DNA from: Escherichia phage HansTraber_Bas100
Sequence record: PQ850605.1
Length of the DNA: 64,000 nt
Direction: 5' to 3' (one strand)
The notes under the pieces were generated by a model. It had not been told where the DNA came from, made no database searches, and saw only the letters and a list, made by a program, of their open reading frames with translations. This document shows positions 63,317-64,000 of the stretch, in pieces (position 1 is the first letter of the stretch; the number at the start of each line of letters is the position of its first letter). The position numbers were made by a program, and so were the translations under genes.

Positions 63317-63531
63317 CAGTCTTCACCTTGAGATTCCAGACAAGTAAGGACAAGCCACGTCATCGGAAGAATCAAAACCAGAGAAATGAGGGACCAGATA
63401 GACCAGCACAAGATGACAGACTTGAATGTGTGAACGTCGCCAAACGCAGCAGTAAAACAGAATCCCATTACAAATGCAATAGCCGTGGAATGGTTGTCTA
63501 TGGCTTTGATGGCGCGGTCGATGAGTTTCAT
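63316..63531 (-). CDS. small membrane protein
   Basis: Two hydrophobic segments (ITSGFELI-side context; WSIWSLISLVLILPMTWLVL). Confidence 0.35.
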   Translation of the reverse strand: MKLIDRAIKAIDNHSTAIAFVMGFCFTAAFGDVHTFKSVILCWSIWSLISLVLILPMTWLVLTCLESQGED

Positions 63532-63619
63532 ATTACCTCCGGTTTTGAGTTAATATGATTATAACGCAGAGTTTCAGAAAGGCAAACTTTTTGTGAATTA
63601 TGCCGTCCATGGCATCGTA

Positions 63620-63850
63620 TCAGTGTGAAGACACAATTAATGTGCCACTTCCCTTTGCGAAAATCTCAACGCCTGGCGGGATTGTGACTGTACCAACAAC
63701 TGCGATTCCGATCAAATTGTCATCGGCCTTTTCCCCAAAACAAATCTCAGCGGCACCGCCGCGAACTTGAATAAGTGCTCCTGATACGTTTTCAGCAACA
63801 GAGATTACGGAAGTATAAGAGGGAGTGAGTTGAATGTTGACTAGGGCCAT
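63620..63850 (-). CDS. hypothetical protein
   Basis: ORF track; AGGAGT RBS. Confidence 0.35.
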   Translation of the reverse strand: MALVNIQLTPSYTSVISVAENVSGALIQVRGGAAEICFGEKADDNLIGIAVVGTVTIPPGVEIFAKGSGTLIVSSH

Positions 63851-63863
63851 GGTTTACTCCTGA

Positions 63864-63891
63864 TAAAAAAATGGCCAGAAAGAATCTGGCC
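63864..63891 (-). terminator. rho-independent terminator
   Basis: On the - strand GGCCAGATTCTTTCTGGCC hairpin followed by TTTTTTT. Confidence 0.5.
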
Positions 63892-64000
63892 GAAAGATCA
63901 CCCTTTATCCACTACTAAGCTGGAATCATAATTTTACTTGATATAGCTTGCACAAGCAAACTATAATATGAATAAAATATTAACACATAATTGGAAAGTC

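Noticed and set aside
1-64000. tRNA genes
   Set aside because: No T-arm-like GGTTCGANTCC segment or cloverleaf-compatible sequence seen in the non-coding regions.

Overview
This 64-kb window reads as a contiguous segment of a tailed dsDNA phage or prophage genome with a contractile-tail (Mu/P2-like) morphogenesis module; all calls are from reading the sequence and ORF track, with no database searches. Layout: (1) 0.07-24.0 kb, + strand: head morphogenesis, protease/scaffold, major capsid, sheath, two tube-like paralogs, tape measure with a lytic transglycosylase domain, baseplate V/J-like proteins, tail fibres, GH19-type endolysin. (2) 24.1-41.6 kb, - strand: ligase, MazG-like, embedded Rz/Rz1-like spanin pair, SSB-like, SNF2 helicase + VRR-NUC, DnaE-like polymerase + DnaQ-like exonuclease, a VOC/SDR/HAD/ThyX/flavoprotein cluster, a Lys/Ala/Glu repeat protein, Dda-like helicase. 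(3) 41.8-55.4 kb, + strand: early region with primase-like and D5/VirE-like helicase genes and about 30 small ORFs. (4) 55.4-58.4 kb: the main candidate for a new system, a CpG-rich, compositionally foreign cassette. It carries three paralogous small acidic proteins with near-identical promoters and structured leaders, a 208-aa protein, a shared palindromic operator, a 0.6-kb non-coding tail, and a phase-locked array of a 11-13 bp motif (cAATTTGCACTAT). (5) 58.4-63.9 kb, - strand: small genes plus a second tail fibre with a C-terminal S74-type chaperone domain. No tRNA, CRISPR array, integrase or transposase was found; terminase and portal genes are not in the window.
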